A model generated the notes under the pieces. It had not been told where the DNA came from, made no database searches, and saw only the letters and a list, made by a program, of their open reading frames with translations. From positions 38,273 to 102,272 of the forward strand of contig CAXXSM010000018.1 in NCBI GenBank assembly GCA_963663405.2: a stretch of 64,000 nt of DNA. Reading direction: 5' to 3'. Shown here in pieces: positions 1-10,419 of this stretch (position 1 is the stretch's first letter; each line of letters begins with the position of its first letter). The position numbers and the translations under genes were made by a program. This stretch comes from a bacterium. Lineage in GTDB: Bacteria > Hinthialibacterota > Hinthialibacteria > Hinthialibacterales > Hinthialibacteraceae.

Positions 1-770
1 TGATAGGGGCGCTTCTCTGCGGGTCCAAGCCAGAGATCCCAGTCCATCCCTTCAGGAACAGGCATAGTATCCGCTGGGAAGCCCTCACGGCGTCCAACGC
101 GCGCGCGGCTTTTTGTCCAGGCGTGCACTTCGGTAACCTCGCCGATCGCGCCGTCGAGAATCCATTCTTTCGTACTGCGGAGCCCTTCGCCGCTATGGCC
201 TTGATTGCCCAATTGGGTGGCGACACCATTCTTCTTGGCGCATTCGGCGATTTTACGGCATTCATATACTGTCCGAGCGAGAGGTTTTTCGCAGTAAATA
301 TGCTTACCGAGATTCATTGAGTCGATTGCGATGACGGCGTGAGTGTGATCCGGCGTTGCAATGACACATGCGTCGATTTCCTTCTCTTGTTCGAGCATTT
401 TACGATAATCGAGATAGACTTGGCATTTTGGATAATTTTCCGAGTCGTATCGAATATCGACCATCTCTTTCGCTGGGCCGCGCCCTGCTTTACCGCCGTA
501 ATAGAAGCGGCTGTAATCGTTGACTTCGGTGACATCGCAAATCGCCACAATGCGGCAATCGTTTTCACGAGTGATCGTTCTCGTGTGCTGCAAGCCGCGG
601 CCACCGGTTCCGATCATGGCGACATTTAATAAGTCGCTTGGAGCGGTATTCCCATTTCCACCCAGAACATACCGCGGCAAAAACGCGATCGACGAAAGCG
701 CCGCTCCGCTGATTAACGCCGTCCGGCGCGATATGTTGTTTCCTGATTTTTTGTTTGCATTCGATTTCAT
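1..770 (-). CDS. Gfo/Idh/MocA family oxidoreductase with Tat signal, runs off the window start
   Basis: Manual translation from ATG at 770 (an in-frame ATG also lies at 785): MKSNANKKSGNNISRRTALISGAAL...LNVAMIGTGGRG...IATPDHTH...KHIYCEKPLA...QLGNQGHS...WDLWLGPA. Absent from the ORF track because no stop falls in the window. Confidence 0.9.
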   Translation of the reverse strand, partial: MKSNANKKSGNNISRRTALISGAALSSIAFLPRYVLGGNGNTAPSDLLNVAMIGTGGRGLQHTRTITRENDCRIVAICDVTEVNDYSRFYYGGKAGRGPAKEMVDIRYDSENYPKCQVYLDYRKMLEQEKEIDACVIATPDHTHAVIAIDSMNLGKHIYCEKPLARTVYECRKIAECAKKNGVATQLGNQGHSGEGLRSTKEWILDGAIGEVTEVHAWTKSRARVGRREGFPADTMPVPEGMDWDLWLGPAEKRPY

Positions 771-1039
771 AGTGATTGTTTCCATATGGTTTATAGGATG
801 TCTTTAGTGGTCCTAAAAATACAATAAGAACCGCTCTTTTATCTTAGATTACAATAACCGATTAATAAGATAAACCTTTTTACGGCGGCAAATTCAAAAT
901 TTTTTTGGGATTTTCCGATCTTTCCAAACGAGAAATTATATGTGAACTTCGTGGCGGTAATCAGATTGGCTTCACTCCAGCGTCTTTCAACTATGAGGTG
1001 ATGTAGTGTTCGCTCTGAGCATAACCGTAACAAATTGAA

Positions 1040-2407
1040 TTACTTCCAAACGTTTGAAAAGATAAAAAGATCGCGGTAATCAACGGTTTGATTGCCGTCA
1101 AAGTCTCCTCGTGTGGATAGGCGCCAATTTTCAATCAACAAAAGAAGGTCCCATTGATTAATTATGCCATTCCCATCAATGTCTCCGGTTGGACTGTGAG
1201 CGGAAGTTTGAAACCAACCGTAATCAGACCAGGCGCTCCAATTATTGTTCTCATCTTGATAGCGAACTCGCCATAAGTATTGCCGATCTAAGGATAAATT
1301 TCCTTCTGGCACGAATACCTCTGTTACGGATTGCAACGTTCCACTTTCCCAGGTGATTGAACCAAACGCATAATCCCGAATTTCAAATTGCGCCGCTTTC
1401 TGATTCAAGTTTTGTGGATGCAAATAAGGGGAACCTTTTAAATTCAGCTGTGGAGGAGAGAGAACCGCTCCCATCAGTGGAGCCATAGTAATTGGCTGGT
1501 CAGGAGATGGAGCGCTTATGGTGTGCATCGTTTCGTTGGTGATGATGGGTTGATTTGCGTCGAAAATGATCTCCGCTTTATTACGAATTTCCGTTCCCGA
1601 TTCCAAACCAGGGATAGGATCAATCGAAAAGGTGACATGCCCCTCTCCATCTCCTGTTTCGGGATTGTTGGGAGGGAGAAAACCAACACCGCCGTCAAGT
1701 GGAAGCGTTTCCGTTTTTGGATCGATCATCGTGAGAATCCATCGGGCGCGGCCTGTGTACGAATTGATGCGAGATTCTATATCAATGGCATAATTATTGA
1801 AAACAACTCTCTGATAATAATCAGAATGGACATTAAAAATGGAGATAGTTCGATCGCTGAACGCGACTTCATGCAATGTAAATGTATCCCAATCGAACAA
1901 ATCCGACAGGTCGTCGATTATGGTTACTTGTTGCGCTGACGCGGTGGCCGTAGGCGTGTTTTCAAAGAAAATTGTATAGGTGATTGGATCGGAATCGGAG
2001 ATTTCTCCTTCCATTCCCCCCGGACCGTCTTTCTCATTTGGATCGTGTGGAATAACAACAGGTACTTGATTTTGCACTACATTGGTGACAGGAGGATCGG
2101 GAAATTCTTCTCCATCGTCAACGCAATGACGGCGGTATGTTTGATAATTCGCATACATGCGCTTCATACGGATATTGTAGGCTCCATAGCTTAAAATCGC
2201 CGCGCGTTCCACCGCGTCAATGGTTGAGAATGTATCGCGAATCGATTGAACCGTATTGCCAATTTGTTTGTAGATATCCTTGATTTTAAGAAGTGGATTT
2301 ACGGCAATGTGCGGCCTCATTTCCAAACTACTCCGGCGAACAGCCCAGGAAGGCAGACCGCCTTTCACAGCGTACCGCTTTCCAAGTGCCCCATCCCGAC
2401 GAATGGC
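1040..2407 (-). CDS. C-terminal part of the giant secreted protein: DPNEK Ig-like domain, FN3-like domain, dockerin-like tail
   Basis: Same frame as 2408..10060, directly after one TAA (..WNRT*AIRRDGALGKRYAVKGG..). Contains HDPNEKDGP...ITYTIFFEN, YLWRVRYQD...WSAWS, and paired GDIDGNGIINQWDLL/GDFDGNQTVDYRDL repeats. Confidence 0.8.
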   Translation of the reverse strand, partial: AIRRDGALGKRYAVKGGLPSWAVRRSSLEMRPHIAVNPLLKIKDIYKQIGNTVQSIRDTFSTIDAVERAAILSYGAYNIRMKRMYANYQTYRRHCVDDGEEFPDPPVTNVVQNQVPVVIPHDPNEKDGPGGMEGEISDSDPITYTIFFENTPTATASAQQVTIIDDLSDLFDWDTFTLHEVAFSDRTISIFNVHSDYYQRVVFNNYAIDIESRINSYTGRARWILTMIDPKTETLPLDGGVGFLPPNNPETGDGEGHVTFSIDPIPGLESGTEIRNKAEIIFDANQPIITNETMHTISAPSPDQPITMAPLMGAVLSPPQLNLKGSPYLHPQNLNQKAAQFEIRDYAFGSITWESGTLQSVTEVFVPEGNLSLDRQYLWRVRYQDENNNWSAWSDYGWFQTSAHSPTGDIDGNGIINQWDLLLLIENWRLSTRGDFDGNQTVDYRDLFIFSNVWK

Positions 2408-5400
2408 TTATGTTCGGTTCCACGCTTCTTTCTTTGCGAAATTAGGATCGAGCGCGGCCTGGATTTTGATACCATCTTCGCTCTGTTTCAGTTCTCGTAA
2501 GTGTTTGTTGACTTCATAGGAAAATGTAGTGAAATTGATTTTCCCTTCAAGCAATTGATTGAAAGAGATGGAAATCCGTTTATAGGCTTCTTTGGCGAGA
2601 TTATAAGCGGATTGCGCCGTACCGGCATGGCCAACATTGTCATGGAGTTCTTTAAGGAAACCAGCGCCTTTTCCTGTGAATAGCAATCCCAGGTCGGCGA
2701 TATGTCCGGCCAATACCAGAAATTGCGCAATCGATTCAGCCGTCCCCGCATAGGTGGCTAAACTTCGATTTAACACCCATTGGTTCCACACACGCATATA
2801 CGCGTGTTCGGCGTTTCGGAATTCATAATACACATTGTTCGCCGCGTTTTGGCATCGGCTGTTATCCGTGAACGGATCGAACGCGTCGGAGGCCAATTGC
2901 AACCATTGGTAGCGATTCCCCCCCACGTAATCGAGAATCTCTTCCGCAAGCGGGCTTCGTGGAAAATTAGGAAGTTCTGTTTCATATTCATTGTATTCAT
3001 GCTCAGAGGAAAAAATAGCGCCGGTCAAACCGGATGGTCGCATACCATTGGAGAAGGAAGGATCGACCAATTGAGTTTGGATTTGATTCATAATGTTTCG
3101 CATATCTTTTAACGCCGCGATCGCTTGTTCCTCAAGGAACAAGCCTATACCTGGAGAGAGCGCTAATGTGAATTCTTGTATTTGGAAAGAAGGTTCGGGG
3201 GCAATTGTTATATCCTGTTCTAGGATATTTCCCATGAATGAGAGAGTGATTTGATAATCGCCCGGCATGAGAGAGGAAGTTTGAAAGCGCCCTTGGAAGT
3301 CCGTTTCTCCAGAATAAACGGAAAAGCCGTTAAATGTAATATTAATTTTTGTATGGGGGAGTGGATATGATTTCTGCGCGTCAATAACCGTACATTGAAG
3401 CATGATACCTTGATCCGATATTTCCATTGTTAATGGATCATTTTGATCGGTGAGTGAGATGGTTTCAACATGAACGGGATATCCTTCAGCATATACAATG
3501 AACGTATAGATTCCCTGCCCCAAACGTTCATCTATGAATTCACCGTTCTCATCCGTAAATACAACGATTCCTGGATCCGCTGGATGACTTTTGATTAAGA
3601 TCATGGCATAAGGAATTGAAGCCTCTGAACCTTGCAAGCTGATTTTCCCCGTTCGAGTTATCGATTCGCTTAGTGTGAAATTGAGATTTTGGTTCGTATC
3701 TCCTATCGTTCCTTCCATGATCTCACGCGCGAAGCCTGGAGCGTTCACAGTCAATAGGAATGGTCCAGGCGTGACGCCTTGATATTGGTACATACCTGAT
3801 TCGTCCGATGTTGTTACCAATGCGTCTAGGTTTGGATTCCAGCTATCGATGGGGATCAAAGTAACGGTCGCATTGGCGATAGGGGCTGCGGTCTCGTTTT
3901 GAATCATGCCCGATAATTCGCTTTGGTATGGGGAGATGACCAGATCCGATACATCAGATTCTAATTCAACTGTTTGAACTGGATAGATAAACTTATCATA
4001 GATGGTTTGAATTGATACAGAGCCAATTGGCAATCCCGATAGGGAAAACTCACCTTGCATCGATTCTATCGTCGCTAGGGTTTGATCATTTTCTCCATTG
4101 ATTATTAATGTGGCGTCACTCGAAATTCCCTGCCCTTGTGGATCTAAAATTGTGCCGCGGATCGATGCGCTTCTCCGCAAGGGAATTTCAATCAAACCGG
4201 GCGCCTCGACTGATTGAATATCAACTAACACCTGTCCTTTCGCATATCCTTCCGCTTGCGCATTCATATAATAAAGTCCGGGATCTAACGTTGAGAGATC
4301 GAATAAACCATTTTCACCGGAGACAAAAAAATCTGATAATCCAGAACGCAAGTTATAAATCATGACTAAACTGTCAGCGATCCCAGTTGCCGTATCTTCC
4401 TCGATCACTCGTCCACTTCTATGAAGCGCAGGTTGCATGAGAATATCGAACTGGCCGATAGCCAGATCCGTTAGAGTGACTTGAATCTGATTTTGGAGAA
4501 TATAACTTGGCGCAAAGCATTGTATTGTATAATTCCCTGCCTCAAGACGTTCGATCGTATACGATCCATCTTGAAGGCTTCTGGCTGGATAGCGTATTCC
4601 ATTCTCACCAAACGCGATTACTCCAGCGTCTTCAATACCCATATTCGTTTGGGCGTCGAGAACCTTTCCTTGTAGAGTCAATTCCGGGCGTAATATGAAA
4701 TCAATTTCACGTAATACTTGTCCATCTTGAATCTGAAGCCCTTCATACCGTTTAGATGTATAACCTTGGAGTTCGGCCAATATCTCATACAATCCCTCCG
4801 AAAGGCCATAGAAGCAATACGATCCTTCCTCGTCAGTGATAGCTGTGGTGATTGTTCCTTCTTGATTCTTCACACTTACAATCACGGATTGAATAGGATA
4901 GCGGTCAGGATCATCAAATACCGTTCCTTGAATCTCACCACCATAAGGCACATGGATCACTAGATCGGAGATCGTTGAACCTTGTGTCACGGCAAGTTCA
5001 ACAGGAGAAATATCTGTATATCCTTCCACTTCAACCAAGTAATTTCCTGCGGAAACGCCCGTGATTTCAAAATAGCCTTCCACATCCGTATGCTCTTCAT
5101 AAATTAACGAGTTATCCACTGTTTCGCTTTGATTCGTCAAGACGATCACGCGTTGCGTCTGAGGGTGTTGATAAACGCGGTCTATTACTTGGCCACGGAT
5201 AACGGCGGATGGTTGATCGAATAAAACGTTTAATAGAGATTGAATCAGCTGTCTTCCATCATATTCGAGAATGCCATTCTCCCATAAGATATTTGCCTGC
5301 TCAGCAATAGCCAATTGATACGCTCCCCACGTTTGCCCTACTGCGTCGCTATACACGACAAAATCTGGGTGATTCCAAGCGACCAGTTCACCGGTATTTG

Positions 5401-8400
5401 ATAAAACGCCGATTGAGAATTCAATTGGATTGTTTGTCGTGACTTGGAAGAGAATTGGTATTGTGTTCCCTGCCCCTGGAGGAAGAACGCTCGCTGGGCT
5501 ATTGGCTGCGATTCCAAGGATGTGGATCGATTGTTTTAAAAACGGATCGCTATTGGACAGCGCCATTGGAACAACCGGATCACTACTCACAACAAAAATA
5601 GGCGCGGTCAAATCCGCGTCACCTTCGTTGTGGAAATGAAGCAGCGCGGTATACGTCCGGTTGGGACGGACAAGGTTTGGAAGCGTAAAATCTGTAACCA
5701 GTTTCGCTCCAATACCTGGTTGAATCTCGAACGCAGCGGGAAAATCGTACTGGACATTATCATCAGGCCATTGAACGGTGAATTGATAGCGGCCGGTTTG
5801 CGCATTGGTTAAATCAAACTCAGCGTATAAAGTACTATCATCCGCGCGCATTTGATTTCGTTGACTGTCGATGGTTTTTCCGTTTGGAGAAACAAACTGG
5901 ACAATGACGCTGTCATTGAAATCTGAACCTGACAAAGTCAATGTAACCGATCCTTTGTTCCCCGCCTTCATTGGAGATAACGCCGTGACGTATTGATCGA
6001 CATATGTGAACTGGATTTCGTATACATCTTCTTCCGCTACAATTTCTTTGGCGAAAACCAGAACATAATATTCGCCGGATTCTGTGTTCGGAATCAGCAA
6101 TTCATGTGCGGATCGTAACTGGGGGCCATCAACCATACTATCATACCGGGCGGCTGAAGGTTCATATCCATAAGCGGCGAACAGTTGATAGCGGCTGCTT
6201 TGATTGGGAGAGGTCAATTGGCACAGTAGATTACGATTTTCTTCCGCAGTGATGTGATATAAGTGAAGGCCATAATGTGAGATTGTGTTGGAAAACGTTT
6301 CACCGATTGATAGTTCCTGCGGTTCAAGGGGTTGGTCTGGAACTTGTTCCGCACTTGTAAACCAGGGATCATAGAGGACGTTGCTAGTGACAGAATCCCC
6401 CGATCCAGGCCCTTCACCAGAGGGGCCGCTGGCGTCTCCCCACCAATTCAATGTGGCGTCCACAACAGCCGTTTGTGAATCATTTCGAACTCCCGAATCA
6501 TTTCCTTCGATGCGGCTGAATTGTATAGCCGAATTTATTTGAGAAGTGTCATCGGCCCATACAGCGATTGTGTTATCATTCAAGCGATTATAGGCGGCGT
6601 GAAGTTGGCTGAACTCCCGAATCCGTACGGCGGTTCCATTCGCTTGAAACAAGCAACGTTCAGCGGACACATTCGCTGCCCCCTGCACATCAAGCGCTGC
6701 TCCGCTTCTTCCACCGTTCTGAAACACGGCGTTCCGAAGGATTCCTTGAGATTGATCAATGAATGAGAAACCATTATAAATCGAACGTGTTGTCGCGTAT
6801 TCAATCGTTGGTGGAGCGCTGAAGACAATCGGACGATCGTCTTCTCCCATGGCGCTGAGATAGCCAGCAACCTGCAATCCCGCCGCAGGCGCATTGAAAG
6901 CCATCATTGTTCCTGGACGAATTTGCAACGATCCCTCTTCGCTGATTGTAAGCAATCGCGCTGTTTGGTAATAGCCTCCAATCAGCGGATTCATGATACC
7001 CGCCAGATCCAACTCTCCTTCAATAATTTCCAGAGGGCCGGAATTTGTGACAATGTTACCAGGATCGGAGGAGGCCGCGGTAAGAAAGTTTACTCGTCCG
7101 AGTAGAGCGTTATTCGTAAATTGATTATTGCCGAATTGAATACGCGCAGCGCTTCCCGATGTGGATAGCGCATTTACATTGTTCGAGAACGAACTCCCAT
7201 TTAATGAAACTTGGGCGGAATCTCTTGCCTGAACGGCTATTTGATTCGAATCGAATTGCGAATTGGATATGATAAGGTTGGAGTCAGATGAAGTGTCAAT
7301 CGCGCTCGATTGATTATTTTGGAACACGGTTTGACTTAGCTGGATATTGGAGGATCGAACACTGATTCCTTGCCCGCCGCTTTCCCGGATATTCAAATTT
7401 GTGATTGAAAATGTATCGGAATCGAGAAACGCTAATTGAGCGCCACTGCCATTAGAAAAATAATTGGAACCCCCATATTCGATTTCGGTATAGGTGATCG
7501 CACCCGATGCGTTGTTTTCATACACCAGTGAGCCCCAGCTTCCAGGTGTTGGAATTGCGTTCCCTGATGTCAATAAAATTGGCCTTGATTCAGTTCCTAG
7601 ACAATTAAATTTTCCATGTACAATCAAATCAGAAAGAAATCTCGAGAATTGAATTGTATTGCCAGACGCCAGCGTAATATCACTTTCTTCTGTCAAGATC
7701 ACATCATCAGTAATTTCATAGGGAATCGATGGCGAGGGCCAAACGCCAGTACCCGACCAATTTCCACCTTTAATTAAAATAGCATTTGAACCATTCCCTT
7801 CAGCCGAGATGTTTTTTAGAAGGGGAAACGAATTGCTTTCGATCACGATTGCATTGTTCCGGTTGTTTTGGAATCGGCAATTCTCTACTGTTGGCGCGGC
7901 GTTTTTAATCCATAAACCATTTTGTTTGTTATTTTGAAACGTACAGAACGTAAATGTGGGGGAACATTGATCAAAGAAGACAACGGCGGCTCCCGTATGA
8001 CTGAAATAATTGGAACCTCCATTCTCAATGACACAGTATGATAAGTGTGTATTTGTATTGTCAATCGTTTCCGCAAAGTACACTCCTCCAAACGATCCCG
8101 CTTCGTGATTGTATAGACTAGTAAATACAATCGGACTGGAAACGCTTCCAATCGCTTCCAATGATCCTTTCACGATTAAATCAGTAGAATATTGCTGGAA
8201 TCGTATGGTGTTTCCAGCATCGATCGACAGATGAACCGATTCTGGAATCGTGACATCATCTTCCAAGTTATAGTCTAAATTCGCGATTCCCCAACGGCCT
8301 GAAGTAGAAAGTTCGCCTCCCCGAATTGTAATATTGTTGAAGGAATTTCCAGACGCTTGGTTTTGAGCAAAGAATGGAAAACTATGAACATCCATACGAA

Positions 8401-10060
8401 TCGCATAGGACTGACAATTTTCAATCCGGTTACGTTCTATGATGGATGTTGATTGAAATAGAGCAAGACCATCTGTTCTTGAGTTTTGTATCACGCAATC
8501 GGTTATCGCAGGCGATGCGTTATCGATACGAACATTCGCCGTCCCAGTATTTGAAAAATAATTCGAACCTCCATATGACACTACGCAATGTTTCAAAATA
8601 GAATCACTCGAATTCGGGCCTTGGAACAATATTCCACCCCAGGAACCGGATTGCTCGATCCGATTGACCGATATGAAGGTAATGGGTTGAGAGTCCATCC
8701 CTTCCGCGATAAGGGAGCCATAGACATTTAAATCTGTTGATTGTGCCAGAAACTGGATTTCTGTATTTGGATCGATCGTCAGCGTCATTCCCGCTGGCAC
8801 ATCGACATCCCCATTGAGTAAATAGGGGATTTCCACATAATCCCATCGCCCGCTTTGTCCAAGAGAACCTGAAGTGATTACGATGGCGTCGTATTGATTA
8901 TTACCGGCTGATATCGAAGTAAATACAGGATATGAATTTGGATCCATATAGGCTGCGGATTGGATATTGCTTTCAAAATGTACATCAACAAGTTGAGCGT
9001 TCGATGATAACAAACTTAATCCATTTGTTTGGGAAGATACGAATTGACAGTTCGAGATCGTTGGAGACGATTCATGGCATCGCGCCATCGAATTTTGAGT
9101 AGATGAAAAATAGTTGCTTCCACCATATTTAATGACGCAATGATTGAGAATTGAATTGGTGGAACTGGATTGTGCGAATAAAATCCCCCCCCATACTCGT
9201 TCGTCGGAATCGTTCGCCGACGTAAAAGTAATAGGCTGATCGCTCGTACCAACCGCTGTTAGATTCCCATAGATATTGAGATTACTAAAGGATTCGACAA
9301 ACTGGATCATCACTCCCGCTTCTATGATCAATTCGATGTTCTCAGGAACGGTAATATCTTCATCAATAAGATAGGGTAAAGAATGAACGCGCCAAGTTCG
9401 ATTTTTTTGCAAGGAGCCGCTGCTAATGCGTACACCATCATAACGGTTTCCTGTGGCGGTGTTGTTTGATAAAATTGGGGAACTGTCCAGATTCATCCAA
9501 ACCGGTTCGGCTGCATTATTGATAAAATGGCAATCCCTTATCACCGCCTCTGAATTTTCGAGAAGAATTACATATGCGCCGCTGTTCTGGAACACACAAT
9601 GATCAATTTGGGGAGAACAATTAATAATACGGACCATTCCACTGCTAGACGATGAAAAATAGTTCGATCCCCCTTTCTCGAACACGGCGTGTTGAATAAC
9701 GCTTTGTTGGTTCACTTCAGTATTTTGCAATAAAATTCCACCCCATTCGTTATTCTCCTCAGTAGGCTGAAATAGAACAGGTGAATTCTCACTCCCTTGA
9801 ACGAGTAGTATTCCATTAACAATAAGATCCACAAACGGGGCGCCAAACTGAATTTTACAACCTGCGGCGATGGTTAAGGTCACGCCTTGATCGACAGTAA
9901 GATCTTCGTTAATCACAATCGTTTGATTTGGTCCCCACGTTGTATTGAATTGGATGTTGCGTTCTGAAATGACAAGCGATTGGCTGTAAGAATTAAGATT
10001 GAATCCTATAAATACGAAAAACAAAATAAGTAGATAAATTGTTGATTTCATGATATTCAA
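2408..10060 (-). CDS. Giant secreted protein: right-handed beta-helix repeats, PPC/Ig-like domain, carboxypeptidase-regulatory-like repeats
   Basis: 2550-aa ORF with a signal peptide (likely ATG at 10051, MKSTIYLLILFFVFIG). Five ~185-aa modules each contain WGG/FGG/WGS and GGSNYFS, followed by NWWGDASGP. About eight I.G.V.D.....I..A.V...TD..G.Y....L..G.Y repeats follow. Confidence 0.85.
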   Translation of the reverse strand: MNIMKSTIYLLILFFVFIGFNLNSYSQSLVISERNIQFNTTWGPNQTIVINEDLTVDQGVTLTIAAGCKIQFGAPFVDLIVNGILLVQGSENSPVLFQPTEENNEWGGILLQNTEVNQQSVIQHAVFEKGGSNYFSSSSSGMVRIINCSPQIDHCVFQNSGAYVILLENSEAVIRDCHFINNAAEPVWMNLDSSPILSNNTATGNRYDGVRISSGSLQKNRTWRVHSLPYLIDEDITVPENIELIIEAGVMIQFVESFSNLNIYGNLTAVGTSDQPITFTSANDSDERVWGGILFAQSSSTNSILNHCVIKYGGSNYFSSTQNSMARCHESSPTISNCQFVSSQTNGLSLLSSNAQLVDVHFESNIQSAAYMDPNSYPVFTSISAGNNQYDAIVITSGSLGQSGRWDYVEIPYLLNGDVDVPAGMTLTIDPNTEIQFLAQSTDLNVYGSLIAEGMDSQPITFISVNRIEQSGSWGGILFQGPNSSDSILKHCVVSYGGSNYFSNTGTANVRIDNASPAITDCVIQNSRTDGLALFQSTSIIERNRIENCQSYAIRMDVHSFPFFAQNQASGNSFNNITIRGGELSTSGRWGIANLDYNLEDDVTIPESVHLSIDAGNTIRFQQYSTDLIVKGSLEAIGSVSSPIVFTSLYNHEAGSFGGVYFAETIDNTNTHLSYCVIENGGSNYFSHTGAAVVFFDQCSPTFTFCTFQNNKQNGLWIKNAAPTVENCRFQNNRNNAIVIESNSFPLLKNISAEGNGSNAILIKGGNWSGTGVWPSPSIPYEITDDVILTEESDITLASGNTIQFSRFLSDLIVHGKFNCLGTESRPILLTSGNAIPTPGSWGSLVYENNASGAITYTEIEYGGSNYFSNGSGAQLAFLDSDTFSITNLNIRESGGQGISVRSSNIQLSQTVFQNNQSSAIDTSSDSNLIISNSQFDSNQIAVQARDSAQVSLNGSSFSNNVNALSTSGSAARIQFGNNQFTNNALLGRVNFLTAASSDPGNIVTNSGPLEIIEGELDLAGIMNPLIGGYYQTARLLTISEEGSLQIRPGTMMAFNAPAAGLQVAGYLSAMGEDDRPIVFSAPPTIEYATTRSIYNGFSFIDQSQGILRNAVFQNGGRSGAALDVQGAANVSAERCLFQANGTAVRIREFSQLHAAYNRLNDNTIAVWADDTSQINSAIQFSRIEGNDSGVRNDSQTAVVDATLNWWGDASGPSGEGPGSGDSVTSNVLYDPWFTSAEQVPDQPLEPQELSIGETFSNTISHYGLHLYHITAEENRNLLCQLTSPNQSSRYQLFAAYGYEPSAARYDSMVDGPQLRSAHELLIPNTESGEYYVLVFAKEIVAEEDVYEIQFTYVDQYVTALSPMKAGNKGSVTLTLSGSDFNDSVIVQFVSPNGKTIDSQRNQMRADDSTLYAEFDLTNAQTGRYQFTVQWPDDNVQYDFPAAFEIQPGIGAKLVTDFTLPNLVRPNRTYTALLHFHNEGDADLTAPIFVVSSDPVVPMALSNSDPFLKQSIHILGIAANSPASVLPPGAGNTIPILFQVTTNNPIEFSIGVLSNTGELVAWNHPDFVVYSDAVGQTWGAYQLAIAEQANILWENGILEYDGRQLIQSLLNVLFDQPSAVIRGQVIDRVYQHPQTQRVIVLTNQSETVDNSLIYEEHTDVEGYFEITGVSAGNYLVEVEGYTDISPVELAVTQGSTISDLVIHVPYGGEIQGTVFDDPDRYPIQSVIVSVKNQEGTITTAITDEEGSYCFYGLSEGLYEILAELQGYTSKRYEGLQIQDGQVLREIDFILRPELTLQGKVLDAQTNMGIEDAGVIAFGENGIRYPARSLQDGSYTIERLEAGNYTIQCFAPSYILQNQIQVTLTDLAIGQFDILMQPALHRSGRVIEEDTATGIADSLVMIYNLRSGLSDFFVSGENGLFDLSTLDPGLYYMNAQAEGYAKGQVLVDIQSVEAPGLIEIPLRRSASIRGTILDPQGQGISSDATLIINGENDQTLATIESMQGEFSLSGLPIGSVSIQTIYDKFIYPVQTVELESDVSDLVISPYQSELSGMIQNETAAPIANATVTLIPIDSWNPNLDALVTTSDESGMYQYQGVTPGPFLLTVNAPGFAREIMEGTIGDTNQNLNFTLSESITRTGKISLQGSEASIPYAMILIKSHPADPGIVVFTDENGEFIDERLGQGIYTFIVYAEGYPVHVETISLTDQNDPLTMEISDQGIMLQCTVIDAQKSYPLPHTKINITFNGFSVYSGETDFQGRFQTSSLMPGDYQITLSFMGNILEQDITIAPEPSFQIQEFTLALSPGIGLFLEEQAIAALKDMRNIMNQIQTQLVDPSFSNGMRPSGLTGAIFSSEHEYNEYETELPNFPRSPLAEEILDYVGGNRYQWLQLASDAFDPFTDNSRCQNAANNVYYEFRNAEHAYMRVWNQWVLNRSLATYAGTAESIAQFLVLAGHIADLGLLFTGKGAGFLKELHDNVGHAGTAQSAYNLAKEAYKRISISFNQLLEGKINFTTFSYEVNKHLRELKQSEDGIKIQAALDPNFAKKEAWNRT

Positions 10061-10419
10061 TCTCCCTGCAAAAGGAATAGAGTATTCCCATTCATATAAT
10101 CAGTATTTCATATTGTATTATAGATGAAATGAAAAGTATATTATATAAGTGATTTGTCCGTCGGTATTCGGAAGGATTTTTTAGGAGGAAATCCATCAAG
10201 TCGATAACTAGACTTGGTAAGCGGCCGCTTCTCGATATTCTACAACGGCCTTATCAATCAGTGAAGCAATTTCTCATACCCAATCAGCTAAGAGAAAATA
10301 GTGATCAGGCCTCACAGCGTTTCATCCCGGTTTAGTATTCCAACTACACATAATCAATATCTCCGACACGATGCTTCCCTAGCAACGTTAACTTCCGGCG
10401 CAGCCATTTCATCCAATTA

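Noticed and set aside
2408-2410. Genome-wide TAA stop-codon reassignment
   Set aside because: Many genes in the window end normally at TAA (e.g. 25920, 32369, 36305).
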